Source: Escherichia phage Mansfield | Strand: one strand, 5' to 3' | DNA length: 64,000 bases | Sequence record: MK903282.1 | Shown here: one piece after another, positions 1-7,609 of the stretch | Position numbering within the stretch: position 1 is the first letter of the stretch | Layout of the letters: every line of letters begins with the position of its first letter | The notes under the pieces: generated by a model | The model's input: the letters and a program-made list of their open reading frames with translations, nothing else | Told to the model about the DNA's origin: nothing | Databases searched by the model: none | Program-made: the position numbers and the translations under genes

Positions 1-175
1 TTCCAGCTTCTCTTCTAAATCGGATTGGCGACGTAAAACCCATGTTAAGTCGCGGTTGCCGACTTCCAATCCATTATAATCGCAAGATGGAACGTCAATT
101 TTGATGCTGCCACCAAAGGCCATTCCGCTGCCTTTAGTATATGCGTGGTGAATAGAATCATTTTTATTTGACATA
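1..175 (-). CDS. hypothetical protein (N-terminal part; ORF runs off the left edge of the window)
   Basis: Minus-strand frame starting ATG at 173-175 (MSNKNDSIHHAYTKGSGMAFGG...) stays open to position 1; absent from ORF track because truncated. Confidence 0.35.
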
Positions 176-247
176 TCATTACCTTTCATGAGGGTGATTA
201 ACTTAAATTATAATAAAGCCGCATAGCGCGGCATTCAAATCGGTTTG

Positions 248-496
248 TTAATTGTAACGATTGGATTCATCAATCGATACCAACTGTGCTGGGTCGCCGG
301 ATACGGTCGAGCCAACGATACCCATCTGCTGAAAGAACTCTGAATAAACTTCCTTCCAGTATTTACGCGCTGCTTTCTGAGCCTGTCCTTTGCGCTTGAA
401 GCTTTTACCTTGAAAGATGAAACGGTCGCTTGCCGCTCGATACTCCACCACACCTTCCAGCCATTGTAAGAATGCTACTGATTCATTCTGATTCAT
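248..496 (-). CDS. hypothetical protein
   Basis: 82-aa ORF in a tightly packed minus-strand gene string; no recognisable motif. Confidence 0.45.
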   Translation of the reverse strand: MNQNESVAFLQWLEGVVEYRAASDRFIFQGKSFKRKGQAQKAARKYWKEVYSEFFQQMGIVGSTVSGDPAQLVSIDESNRYN

Positions 497-503
497 GTTA
501 ACC

Positions 504-899
504 TCAATATTTTAATAAGAAAGCACCCAACCAACTTTCCTCAATCTCGCGCCCAGTAGCCACACGGTCGGTCTTTGCCATGGGTCTGGATTCGCCACAT
601 GGCAATCCGTCTTGTAGTTGTGTACTATTTCCAATTCTCACCATGACCTTTCCATCAGGGGCGATATAAGCGCGACAACCCATGATTTCGAGTCGTTGTA
701 GACACTGGCGAATCGTTTTCAGCCTTTCACCGGACCGGATAGAGCGCGGTCGCGACCGCTGACCGTTCTTATTCACTGTACGCTTAACGACAGGAATCTC
801 ATTGGTGCGTTGCGCTTTCGGTCGGTAGTAGGCTTCTTCTCCAGGAGTTGCGCCTGGCGTCAATTCGCGCTTGAGAGCCTTTTCAATATCGATGATCAT
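504..899 (-). CDS. hypothetical protein, basic (Arg/Lys-rich)
   Basis: 131-aa ORF, same strand and packing as neighbours; no recognisable catalytic motif. Confidence 0.45.
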   Translation of the reverse strand: MIIDIEKALKRELTPGATPGEEAYYRPKAQRTNEIPVVKRTVNKNGQRSRPRSIRSGERLKTIRQCLQRLEIMGCRAYIAPDGKVMVRIGNSTQLQDGLPCGESRPMAKTDRVATGREIEESWLGAFLLKY

Positions 900-902
900 G
901 AT

Positions 903-1001
903 TTATGCCGCTGCAGCGTAAACAATTGCATAAGCAATTCCAAATAGCGCGGCGATGCATACCGTGCCCCAAAGTGCAAAGCGTCGTGACTCTTTATCCA
1001 T
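903..1001 (-). CDS. small hydrophobic protein (32 aa), hypothetical
   Basis: Unlisted short ORF MDKESRRFALWGTVCIAALFGIAYAIVYAAAA filling the gap exactly between two minus-strand genes; single predicted TM helix. Confidence 0.3.
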   Translation of the reverse strand: MDKESRRFALWGTVCIAALFGIAYAIVYAAAA

Positions 1002-1289
1002 TTATTTATCCCCAACGTCCATGAAATTAAACACTAATTTTGCCATGTCATCTTGTGAAACGACACTGTAGTGTTTAGGCAAATTGCTTTCTGACAATAC
1101 CTTCTGGGCTTCTTCTGCCGTCTCAAACAAAGGAATGCACCAATTAACTGCGTCGCCAGAATCATTGCTATCAACTTGTTTCAAGAAAACCAAGCGGTTG
1201 TCTTCAGGATCAATTCCGCAAATCACGTATTTAGGCAATGCTTTTGCTTTTTGGGCCTTATCGATGTCTTCAAATTTCATTTCATTCAC
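1002..1289 (-). CDS. hypothetical protein
   Basis: 95-aa ORF with upstream GAGGTG-like RBS on the minus strand. Confidence 0.45.
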   Translation of the reverse strand: MNEMKFEDIDKAQKAKALPKYVICGIDPEDNRLVFLKQVDSNDSGDAVNWCIPLFETAEEAQKVLSESNLPKHYSVVSQDDMAKLVFNFMDVGDK

Positions 1290-1327
1290 CTCACTTGTTA
1301 ACGTATAATGAGTATAACTTAATAGAG

Positions 1328-1355
1328 CATAAAGTAAAGGCGCTTTTCAGCGCCT
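1328..1355 (-). terminator. putative intrinsic terminator downstream of the tail fiber gene
   Basis: Hairpin AGGCGC-ttttca-GCGCCT followed on the minus strand by UUACUUU. Confidence 0.35.
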
Positions 1356-1363
1356 TGAGTGAA

Positions 1364-3655
1364 TTATTTTGCTGCCTTTAGCGCGGCTATCTCTGCCTTC
1401 AAATCTTCAATTTGCTTATTGAGATACTGCACACAACCCATCAAGTCCATGACGATTGGGTTGTTGTCCACTGAAGGTCGGTCGCGCGTCTTCTCGCCTA
1501 TCTTATTGCCTTCCTCATCAAAAATATCCTCATAAGGCATTTCATGATGCTTGATGTATTGTGGTGCGATCACCTCCGCTTCTTCGGCAATAATCCCGAA
1601 TCTTACGCGCTCTTGCTCGTCATCCTTGTAGACAAAGTTCACTAGACGCTGTGAATTGATTCTGTCCATCGCTTCCTTTGCATCTGCATCAACGATGTCC
1701 CTTTTATATTCAAGACCGGACGTGCCTTGAAGCGCGATTGTTCCAGATGTTGAAGTCGGGAAGTCGAGAGTGATTTCACCAGTACGGTTGCCATCCTTGC
1801 GACGGAAGAATAAACGATAGTAGCGCGTACCGTTGGTGCCCAGCGCGGCTTCAAAAAACATCATACCGCCTACAACCGTGTCAGGGACTGTTCCGCCGCC
1901 GATGTAGTTTGGCTTCATCGAAAGTTGCGGGTACTGCCCATCAATGATTGAAACGCTGCCAGCAAATACTGCGTTTCCTTTGGAAGTTATCATCCCAGGG
2001 GCAGTAAAATCACCTCTTTCGTTAAAGTCATATACCGCTGTCAATCCGCTTGTTCGGTTATACACGTTTAAACGTGCATAATACGTCGCGCCAATCGCTG
2101 CGCGGATACGCCAACTCATTTGCGCTTCTTGAACGCCATTAACGTTGTAGCGTGAAATGATTTCGCCGCCGTCAGCAGTGGTGCCTGGGCCTGGCATAGC
2201 GGAGTCACCAGTGATCACACTCCAAGATGTATTCGCTGCAACAAACCCGCCAGATGCACGAATAACCCAGACGCCTACAAAGCAGTCAGGGCGCACCTTT
2301 GACGAGCGTCCGTAAGCGGCATTCGACCTGCTTGCGCTATAGTTGAATGTTCCGTATCTGGTTTCAGAAGAAGGCGTTGCAATATTTATTGCTTGGTTGT
2401 TTTGTGAAGAAAAAGAGAATGCACCATATCCATTGCCTGTTTGATATGTATACGCGGTGAAAGAGCCTGTTATGTCTGGGGCACCGTTTTCAAACACATC
2501 ACCTGCAGCAGATGATATTCCGCCGTCACCACGTCCGAACAATTCCTTAATTGAACCCGTCTGCACGCCGTTAAAATCAGGTACGCGAAATGTCGTCGTA
2601 CCGTTACCGGAAGAATAACGACCGCGTTTTTTCGAGTCTGCAAGCCAGTCAGCATCAGCAATAGGGGAAAGCATTTGTGCATACGCCCAAAGCTCAGGCC
2701 AGTCTGCACGGTTAAGTAATTGACCGTCCGCTACGACCTCGTACGGTTGGATATATGCACGACTATTTCGTAAGTGGAAGTCCCCAACGCCATAGTTCAT
2801 AACACCGTTCATGTTTGGCCCAACGGTGCCTGTATTTACTAAGTTTTCCACCCAACGCTTTGTCGCGGCATCATAATCGTTGACTGGGTCACCAGCAAGC
2901 GGCGTTGAACCTTGTGGGCGAATGTTTAACCATGCTTGAGCATTCTCTCCAGAGCCTGTGCCGCCCATGGAAGTCGGAACAACGCTCTGATCGGCCACAG
3001 GTCCGAATCCGAATGCATCTTTCATCCCCTGAATTGTGGTTTGGCCTGTTCCACCGTTCGATATTGGGATGATGCTCTGCTCACTGTAGATTGCTTTCCA
3101 AGGACTCCAACCAACAACTGGGTCATGAACTCGAATAAATTGAGAACCATTATTGTTGTATATGGTGTATATTTGTACGCATCCATCAGCGCCATTTGCA
3201 TAATTCTGCTTAACTTCCAGAACACCAGCAATTTGGGCTGGATAGTTTAGAGCAGGTGATGCATTGCTTGATCTGTCTTGATAATAATAACCAAACCAGG
3301 TGCCAGTCAGAGCATTGAGATTTATTCCAGATGGAATAGGCCCGAAATTTCTAACAGTATTGGTCAAAGATGCGGCAGTAGTACGAATTGAAAGTAAATC
3401 ACCAGCCGCCCATGCACGTGCTGCCGTACCTTCTTGTGCACGTTGAACGGTCAGGACGTTTCCAACCACGGCTGTTACTGTGACGATTTCGAATTGGAGG
3501 CCTGTTGCAGCGTCGACGATTGTCGCCACTACACGCTCGTTTGCGCCCAAAGTCGGAAAACCCGACCCTGAGCGAATTGTTATTGTGGTGTCTGAAGTCG
3601 TCGTTGGTTGAGCCAGCGCGACCTCAAAGTTGTTTTTGAATATTAGCCTTGGCAT
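1364..3655 (-). CDS. tail fiber / tail spike protein with C-terminal intramolecular chaperone (peptidase S74-like) domain
   Basis: 763 aa; Gly/Thr/Asn-rich body with repeated GGTG motifs; C-terminal region (LVNFVYKDDEQERVRFGIIAEEAEVIAPQY ... ending in a coiled coil) resembles the auto-cleaving chaperone domain of endosialidases and T5 L-shaped fiber. Confidence 0.7.
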   Translation of the reverse strand: MPRLIFKNNFEVALAQPTTTSDTTITIRSGSGFPTLGANERVVATIVDAATGLQFEIVTVTAVVGNVLTVQRAQEGTAARAWAAGDLLSIRTTAASLTNTVRNFGPIPSGINLNALTGTWFGYYYQDRSSNASPALNYPAQIAGVLEVKQNYANGADGCVQIYTIYNNNGSQFIRVHDPVVGWSPWKAIYSEQSIIPISNGGTGQTTIQGMKDAFGFGPVADQSVVPTSMGGTGSGENAQAWLNIRPQGSTPLAGDPVNDYDAATKRWVENLVNTGTVGPNMNGVMNYGVGDFHLRNSRAYIQPYEVVADGQLLNRADWPELWAYAQMLSPIADADWLADSKKRGRYSSGNGTTTFRVPDFNGVQTGSIKELFGRGDGGISSAAGDVFENGAPDITGSFTAYTYQTGNGYGAFSFSSQNNQAINIATPSSETRYGTFNYSASRSNAAYGRSSKVRPDCFVGVWVIRASGGFVAANTSWSVITGDSAMPGPGTTADGGEIISRYNVNGVQEAQMSWRIRAAIGATYYARLNVYNRTSGLTAVYDFNERGDFTAPGMITSKGNAVFAGSVSIIDGQYPQLSMKPNYIGGGTVPDTVVGGMMFFEAALGTNGTRYYRLFFRRKDGNRTGEITLDFPTSTSGTIALQGTSGLEYKRDIVDADAKEAMDRINSQRLVNFVYKDDEQERVRFGIIAEEAEVIAPQYIKHHEMPYEDIFDEEGNKIGEKTRDRPSVDNNPIVMDLMGCVQYLNKQIEDLKAEIAALKAAK

Positions 3656-3693
3656 TTTACGGTCCTCGTTTTGTCGACAACCGTATTATAACC

Positions 3694-4035
3694 TTAATTT
3701 CTTTTGAGAGGAATATGACGGTTGCTGTCATTATTTGGTTTAATAATGAGCATAAAAACGATTAGAAAGATGATGGCTGATATACTTAATTCAATCAGCG
3801 CGGCTTGAGATATGGATTGATCTTCATGATACTGCTTTTGCATTTCCGCTCTCTTTTGAGCGCAAACTTCAGGCGATATATAATCTCCTTTTGAGTTGCC
3901 ATAATAAATCTCGCCATTCTCAGAAATAAGCCTGCCGCAAATATCCGTATCGGCCTTTGCGCTTGACATCATAATAACGGTGCCGATGATAGCAGCAATT
4001 GTCCAAATTAGCAGTTGTGATAAAGTGTTGTTCAT
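3694..4035 (-). CDS. small membrane protein (N- and C-terminal hydrophobic segments)
   Basis: 113 aa; N-terminal signal/TM segment and C-terminal TM helix; directly downstream of the tail fiber gene. Confidence 0.45.
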   Translation of the reverse strand: MNNTLSQLLIWTIAAIIGTVIMMSSAKADTDICGRLISENGEIYYGNSKGDYISPEVCAQKRAEMQKQYHEDQSISQAALIELSISAIIFLIVFMLIIKPNNDSNRHIPLKRN

Positions 4036-4050
4036 AATAACCTCTTTAAA

Positions 4051-4078
4051 TTACCCTTCCCATGTCGGGAAGGGTGAA
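4051..4078 (-). terminator. stem-loop, possible terminator/attenuator
   Basis: Perfect inverted repeat CCCTTCCC-atgtc-GGGAAGGG; flanked by AT-rich sequence, U-tract weak. Confidence 0.25.
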
Positions 4079-4232
4079 TATTATTTTACGCGAAAGAATA
4101 AGCGCGTGCCACACAGCGAGTCCCAACGGCCCTCACCATCCCATATCGACCCAACACCAGCGGTGATTGGGCCAGCAGAATTGGCGGCATTGGCCCAGGC
4201 GAGTCGTTTCAGTTTCCAACTGCACCAACGAT

Positions 4233-4466
4233 TCACAGTTCACCTCCAGACTGCAAAACAAGTCCCGCATAGAGGATTGCTAGAGCTAAAGGCGCACCAC
4301 TTCCAGCCTCTCTATTCTCTTTGATTTGAAGAGTATCCTTAAGAAATTGCAACTGAACGTTGAATTCATTTTCAATTCCAAGCACTACAGATAATTCTTT
4401 TACAGAATCTGCATATGCCTTGTCTAGAACTTCTTTTGGTAATGTTAAAGTCAATTCACTTGCCAT
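4233..4466 (-). CDS. hypothetical protein
   Basis: ORF track 4233..4496; internal ATG at 4466 preceded by GGAG gives smaller overlap with the upstream gene. Confidence 0.35.
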   Translation of the reverse strand: MASELTLTLPKEVLDKAYADSVKELSVVLGIENEFNVQLQFLKDTLQIKENREAGSGAPLALAILYAGLVLQSGGEL

Positions 4467-4677
4467 TCTCTTTCCACTCCACAAATGTGCTGCCACTTGT
4501 TTCTCTATTTAGCAGGTATCTGCCGCGCATTCCATGAAGGCTGAATTCAACCGTCGATGGATTAGATTTTGAAAGCCACATGGCCTGACCGTCGAACGGT
4601 CCGCCAACGCATGTGTATTTAGCCTTTGGCTCACTCCTTTTGGGTCGCTTTGCCCGCTCTTTGATTGATAGTCTCAT
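4456..4677 (-). CDS. hypothetical protein
   Basis: 73-aa ORF, basic N-terminus; part of minus-strand gene string. Confidence 0.35.
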   Translation of the reverse strand: MRLSIKERAKRPKRSEPKAKYTCVGGPFDGQAMWLSKSNPSTVEFSLHGMRGRYLLNRETSGSTFVEWKENGK

Positions 4678-4892
4678 CAGTCTTCACCTTGAGATTCCAG
4701 ACAAGTAAGAACAAGCCACGTCATCGGAAGAATCAAAACCAGAGAAATAAGGGACCAGATGGACCAGCACAAGATGACAGACTTGAATGTGTGAACGTCG
4801 CCAAACACAGCAGTGAAACAAAATCCCATCACAAAAGCAAGCGTGGTGGAGTGGTTATCAATGGCTTTGATGGCGCGGTCGATGAGTTTCAT
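4677..4892 (-). CDS. small membrane protein (two predicted TM helices)
   Basis: 71 aa with two long hydrophobic segments (LAFVMGFCFTAVFG, ILCWSIWSLISLVLILPMTWLVL). Confidence 0.45.
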   Translation of the reverse strand: MKLIDRAIKAIDNHSTTLAFVMGFCFTAVFGDVHTFKSVILCWSIWSLISLVLILPMTWLVLTCLESQGED

Positions 4893-4981
4893 ATTACCTC
4901 CGGTTTTGAGTTAATATGATTATAACGCAGAGTTTCAGAAAGGCAAACTTTTTGTGAATTTATGCCGTCCATGGCAAATGA

Positions 4982-5212
4982 TTAGTGAGAAGACACGACT
5001 AATGTGCCGCTTCCTTTCGCGAAAATCTCAACACCTGGCGGGATTGTGACCGTGCCAACAACTGCGATGCCGATCAACTTGTCGTCTGCTTTTTCTTCGA
5101 AACAGATCTCTGCGGCACCGCCGCGAACTTGAATAAGTGCGCCTGATACGTTTTCAACAACAGAAAGAACGGAAGTGTAAGATGGAGTGAGTTGAATATT
5201 TACTAGGGCCAT
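4982..5212 (-). CDS. hypothetical protein
   Basis: 76-aa ORF; first gene of the minus-strand left-arm operon. Confidence 0.4.
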   Translation of the reverse strand: MALVNIQLTPSYTSVLSVVENVSGALIQVRGGAAEICFEEKADDKLIGIAVVGTVTIPPGVEIFAKGSGTLVVSSH

Positions 5213-5225
5213 GATTTACTCCTGA

Positions 5226-5253
5226 TAAAAAAATGGCCAGAAAGAATCTGGCC
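5226..5253 (-). terminator. hairpin plus U7 tract (terminator-like or 5' UTR attenuator) in the divergent intergenic region
   Basis: GGCCAG-aaagaat-CTGGCC followed on minus strand by UUUUUUU; lies between a candidate minus-strand promoter (TTGCTT-N17-TAAAAT, about 5296-5324) and the first minus-strand gene. Confidence 0.3.
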
Positions 5254-5330
5254 GAAAAGATCACCCTTTATCCACTACTAAGCTGGAATCACAATTTTAC
5301 TTGATATAGCTGTCTCAAGCAAACTATAAT

Positions 5331-6791
5331 ATGAATAAAATATTAACACATAATTGGAAAGTCATGTACCAGTTGAATCCTGCTTTAAGAGAAGTTTGGA
5401 AGACGAAAGCGCGATACAAAGTAATATACGGCGGTCGTGCATCTTCCAAATCGCATGATGCCGCTGGTTTTGCTATTTATTTGGCGGCAAACTTTAAATT
5501 AAAATTCCTTTGCGTTCGACAATTCCAGAACAAGATTTCTGAATCAGTATATACGCTATTAAAAGATAAGATAGAGATTTCTGATTTTAAAGACGAGTTC
5601 AACTTATTAAAGAACTCTATTGAACACAAAAGAACAAAATCTGAATTCTTATTTTACGGTATCGCACGCAACGTTGACGAAATCAAATCAACAGAAGGCG
5701 TTGATGTTCTTTGGCTTGAAGAAGCGCATGCACTGACTGAAGAACAATGGGACATTATTGAGCCGACCATTCGTAAGGAAGGGTCAGAAATATGGATCAT
5801 ATTTAACCCTGATGAAGAGGCCGATTTCGTCTACCAGAACTTTGTCATGCGACCGCCGAAGAATGCCATCGTTAAGAAGATCAACTGGCAAGACAACCCA
5901 TTTTTGTCACAAACAATGCTGGATGTTATTGCTGGCATGTATGAGCGCGACCCGAAAAAGGCAGAACACGTTTATGGCGGAGTACCGAAGACAGGCGGCG
6001 ACAAGTCGGTCATCAACCGTGCATTCGTCAAGGCCGCGCTAAACCTCCACAAACACCCTACGCTGGGATGGAGCTTGTCAGGGTCTAACCGTATAGGCTT
6101 TGACGTGGCGGACGACGGCGACGACTTAAACGCCACAGCATTTGTCACGGGCAACGTATTGCGCGGCATCAAGACATGGGAAGGTCTGGAAGATGAATTG
6201 CTTAAGTCCGCAAGCGGAGTTTGGAAAGACGCATTGACATTCGGCGCATCAATTACCTATGACGCAATCGGTGTTGGTGCATTTGCTGGTTCAAAATTTG
6301 ATGAGCTTAATGAGTATGCAATCCATGAAAATCCAACATTCCCAAGAATCGAATTTAATGCGTTCAACGCGCAAGGTGCTGTTGATGATCCTGATGATGT
6401 TTTCCTTGAGTTACCACACGTTGAAATACTCAATAAAGACCATTTCGCAAACATAAAAGCGCAAAAATGGACTGAGATTGCCGAACGATTCAGGAAGACA
6501 TATGAATATGCGACAGGGCAAGCCGTATATCCGACCGATGAGTTGATTTCCATCGACACAGACGGCATTCCAGAACTTGGGATTCCTGCTTGGTCTGCGG
6601 AAGAGATTGAGACGTTTCTTTTTGAGATGTCAGCGCCGCGCAAAGATACGTCTGTACTTGGCAAGTTCAAAGTTGAATCGAAAAAAGATATGGCAAAGCG
6701 TGGAGTCAAATCGCCTAACAAAGCGGACGCCGCAATCATGGCATTGATGAAACCAATTGTTGCAGCATCCGGCTTCTTCTCTAACCTTTAA
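5331..6791 (+). CDS. terminase large subunit
   Basis: 486 aa; N-terminal ATPase with Walker A-like YGGRASSKS and LWLEEAH; C-terminal nuclease-like acidic residues; position immediately upstream of portal. True start may be the downstream ATG at 5364. Confidence 0.85.
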   Translation: MNKILTHNWKVMYQLNPALREVWKTKARYKVIYGGRASSKSHDAAGFAIYLAANFKLKFLCVRQFQNKISESVYTLLKDKIEISDFKDEFNLLKNSIEHKRTKSEFLFYGIARNVDEIKSTEGVDVLWLEEAHALTEEQWDIIEPTIRKEGSEIWIIFNPDEEADFVYQNFVMRPPKNAIVKKINWQDNPFLSQTMLDVIAGMYERDPKKAEHVYGGVPKTGGDKSVINRAFVKAALNLHKHPTLGWSLSGSNRIGFDVADDGDDLNATAFVTGNVLRGIKTWEGLEDELLKSASGVWKDALTFGASITYDAIGVGAFAGSKFDELNEYAIHENPTFPRIEFNAFNAQGAVDDPDDVFLELPHVEILNKDHFANIKAQKWTEIAERFRKTYEYATGQAVYPTDELISIDTDGIPELGIPAWSAEEIETFLFEMSAPRKDTSVLGKFKVESKKDMAKRGVKSPNKADAAIMALMKPIVAASGFFSNL

Positions 6792-6794
6792 CAA

Positions 6795-7034
6795 CTAAAG
6801 CATTCCGTGCTGAAGGTCGAGTTTTCTTGCGGCAAATGACCTGGCACGGAATCGCTTACCCGCTCTTACTGCCTGTCGAATTTTCTTTTGCAAACACTTA
6901 CGGTCAAAATCGTTGCGGTCGACGGCTTCGAGTAAATCACGACGCAACGCACCCAGTGTCGACTTTTCGGAGACTTCAACGCCCAGCGCGGCTGCAACGT
7001 CTTTCAAAACATCGAGTTCGGTTAAAGTTCTCAT
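6795..7034 (-). CDS. hypothetical protein
   Basis: 79-aa ORF on the opposite strand between terminase and portal. Confidence 0.4.
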   Translation of the reverse strand: MRTLTELDVLKDVAAALGVEVSEKSTLGALRRDLLEAVDRNDFDRKCLQKKIRQAVRAGKRFRARSFAARKLDLQHGML

Positions 7035-7447
7035 TTGATAATCCCCTTGATGTCTGATTCTGCCATAAAGATTGGAGTGCCGCCGCCAGGAACAATCGAG
7101 CGCGTTACTTTGTCAAAAATATCGTTCTCTTCAACTTGAATACGATAAAATTTATTTTTGGATGAAGATGGGCACAATCCCATAAATTTGCCGATGCCGC
7201 GAACGCATTCATCTTCAAAGTATACTGTTTCACCTTGAATGGATTCGATGTTGTCTACTGGATAGACCTTGCGACCCAACAACCACTCATCTAAAGTCGC
7301 CTGCAAGACGTTTCGCGCATCTAAAATCCACGGGTCAATAGTAGCACCTTCGTATCGCGCAGCAGTAGCCTTTGCCAGTTCTTCATATTCGCATACGTTA
7401 ACGACTTCGCCGTTGTGCAAGACGACAAATACAATTGTTGTGCTCAT
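7031..7447 (-). CDS. hypothetical protein
   Basis: 138-aa ORF with AAAGGAG RBS; opposite strand between terminase and portal. Confidence 0.45.
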   Translation of the reverse strand: MSTTIVFVVLHNGEVVNVCEYEELAKATAARYEGATIDPWILDARNVLQATLDEWLLGRKVYPVDNIESIQGETVYFEDECVRGIGKFMGLCPSSSKNKFYRIQVEENDIFDKVTRSIVPGGGTPIFMAESDIKGIIK

Positions 7448-7542
7448 TTCAATCTCCTTTCGTTTGGTTAACTAAAATATAACTCAAAATGATACAAAAG
7501 CAAAATATTTTATGAACTATTTATGATCACCATACATATCAT

Positions 7543-7571
7543 TTGCTTACAAACACATGAATATTTATAAT
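7543..7571 (+). promoter_or_regulatory. sigma70-like promoter upstream of portal gene
   Basis: TTGCTT-N17-TATAAT read directly from sequence. Confidence 0.4.
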
Positions 7572-7609
7572 ATAGATTGATTCCCTTTCACTGTCAGGTG
7601 GCGTTAACA

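Noticed and set aside
3980-4324. 114-aa plus-strand ORF spanning an intergenic hairpin in the minus-strand left arm
   Set aside because: Runs against the local gene direction, overlaps two minus-strand genes and has no RBS; likely spurious.
4982-5212. Candidate terminase small subunit upstream of the large subunit
   Set aside because: The ORF is on the opposite strand and only 76 aa with no DNA-binding motif; a small terminase was not identified in this window.
6257-6739. 160-aa minus-strand ORF inside the terminase gene
   Set aside because: Fully contained antisense to a gene with clear terminase motifs; no RBS; treated as a shadow ORF. The same applies to other track ORFs nested antisense in large genes (e.g. 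32385..32930, 55032..55544, 5758..6042).
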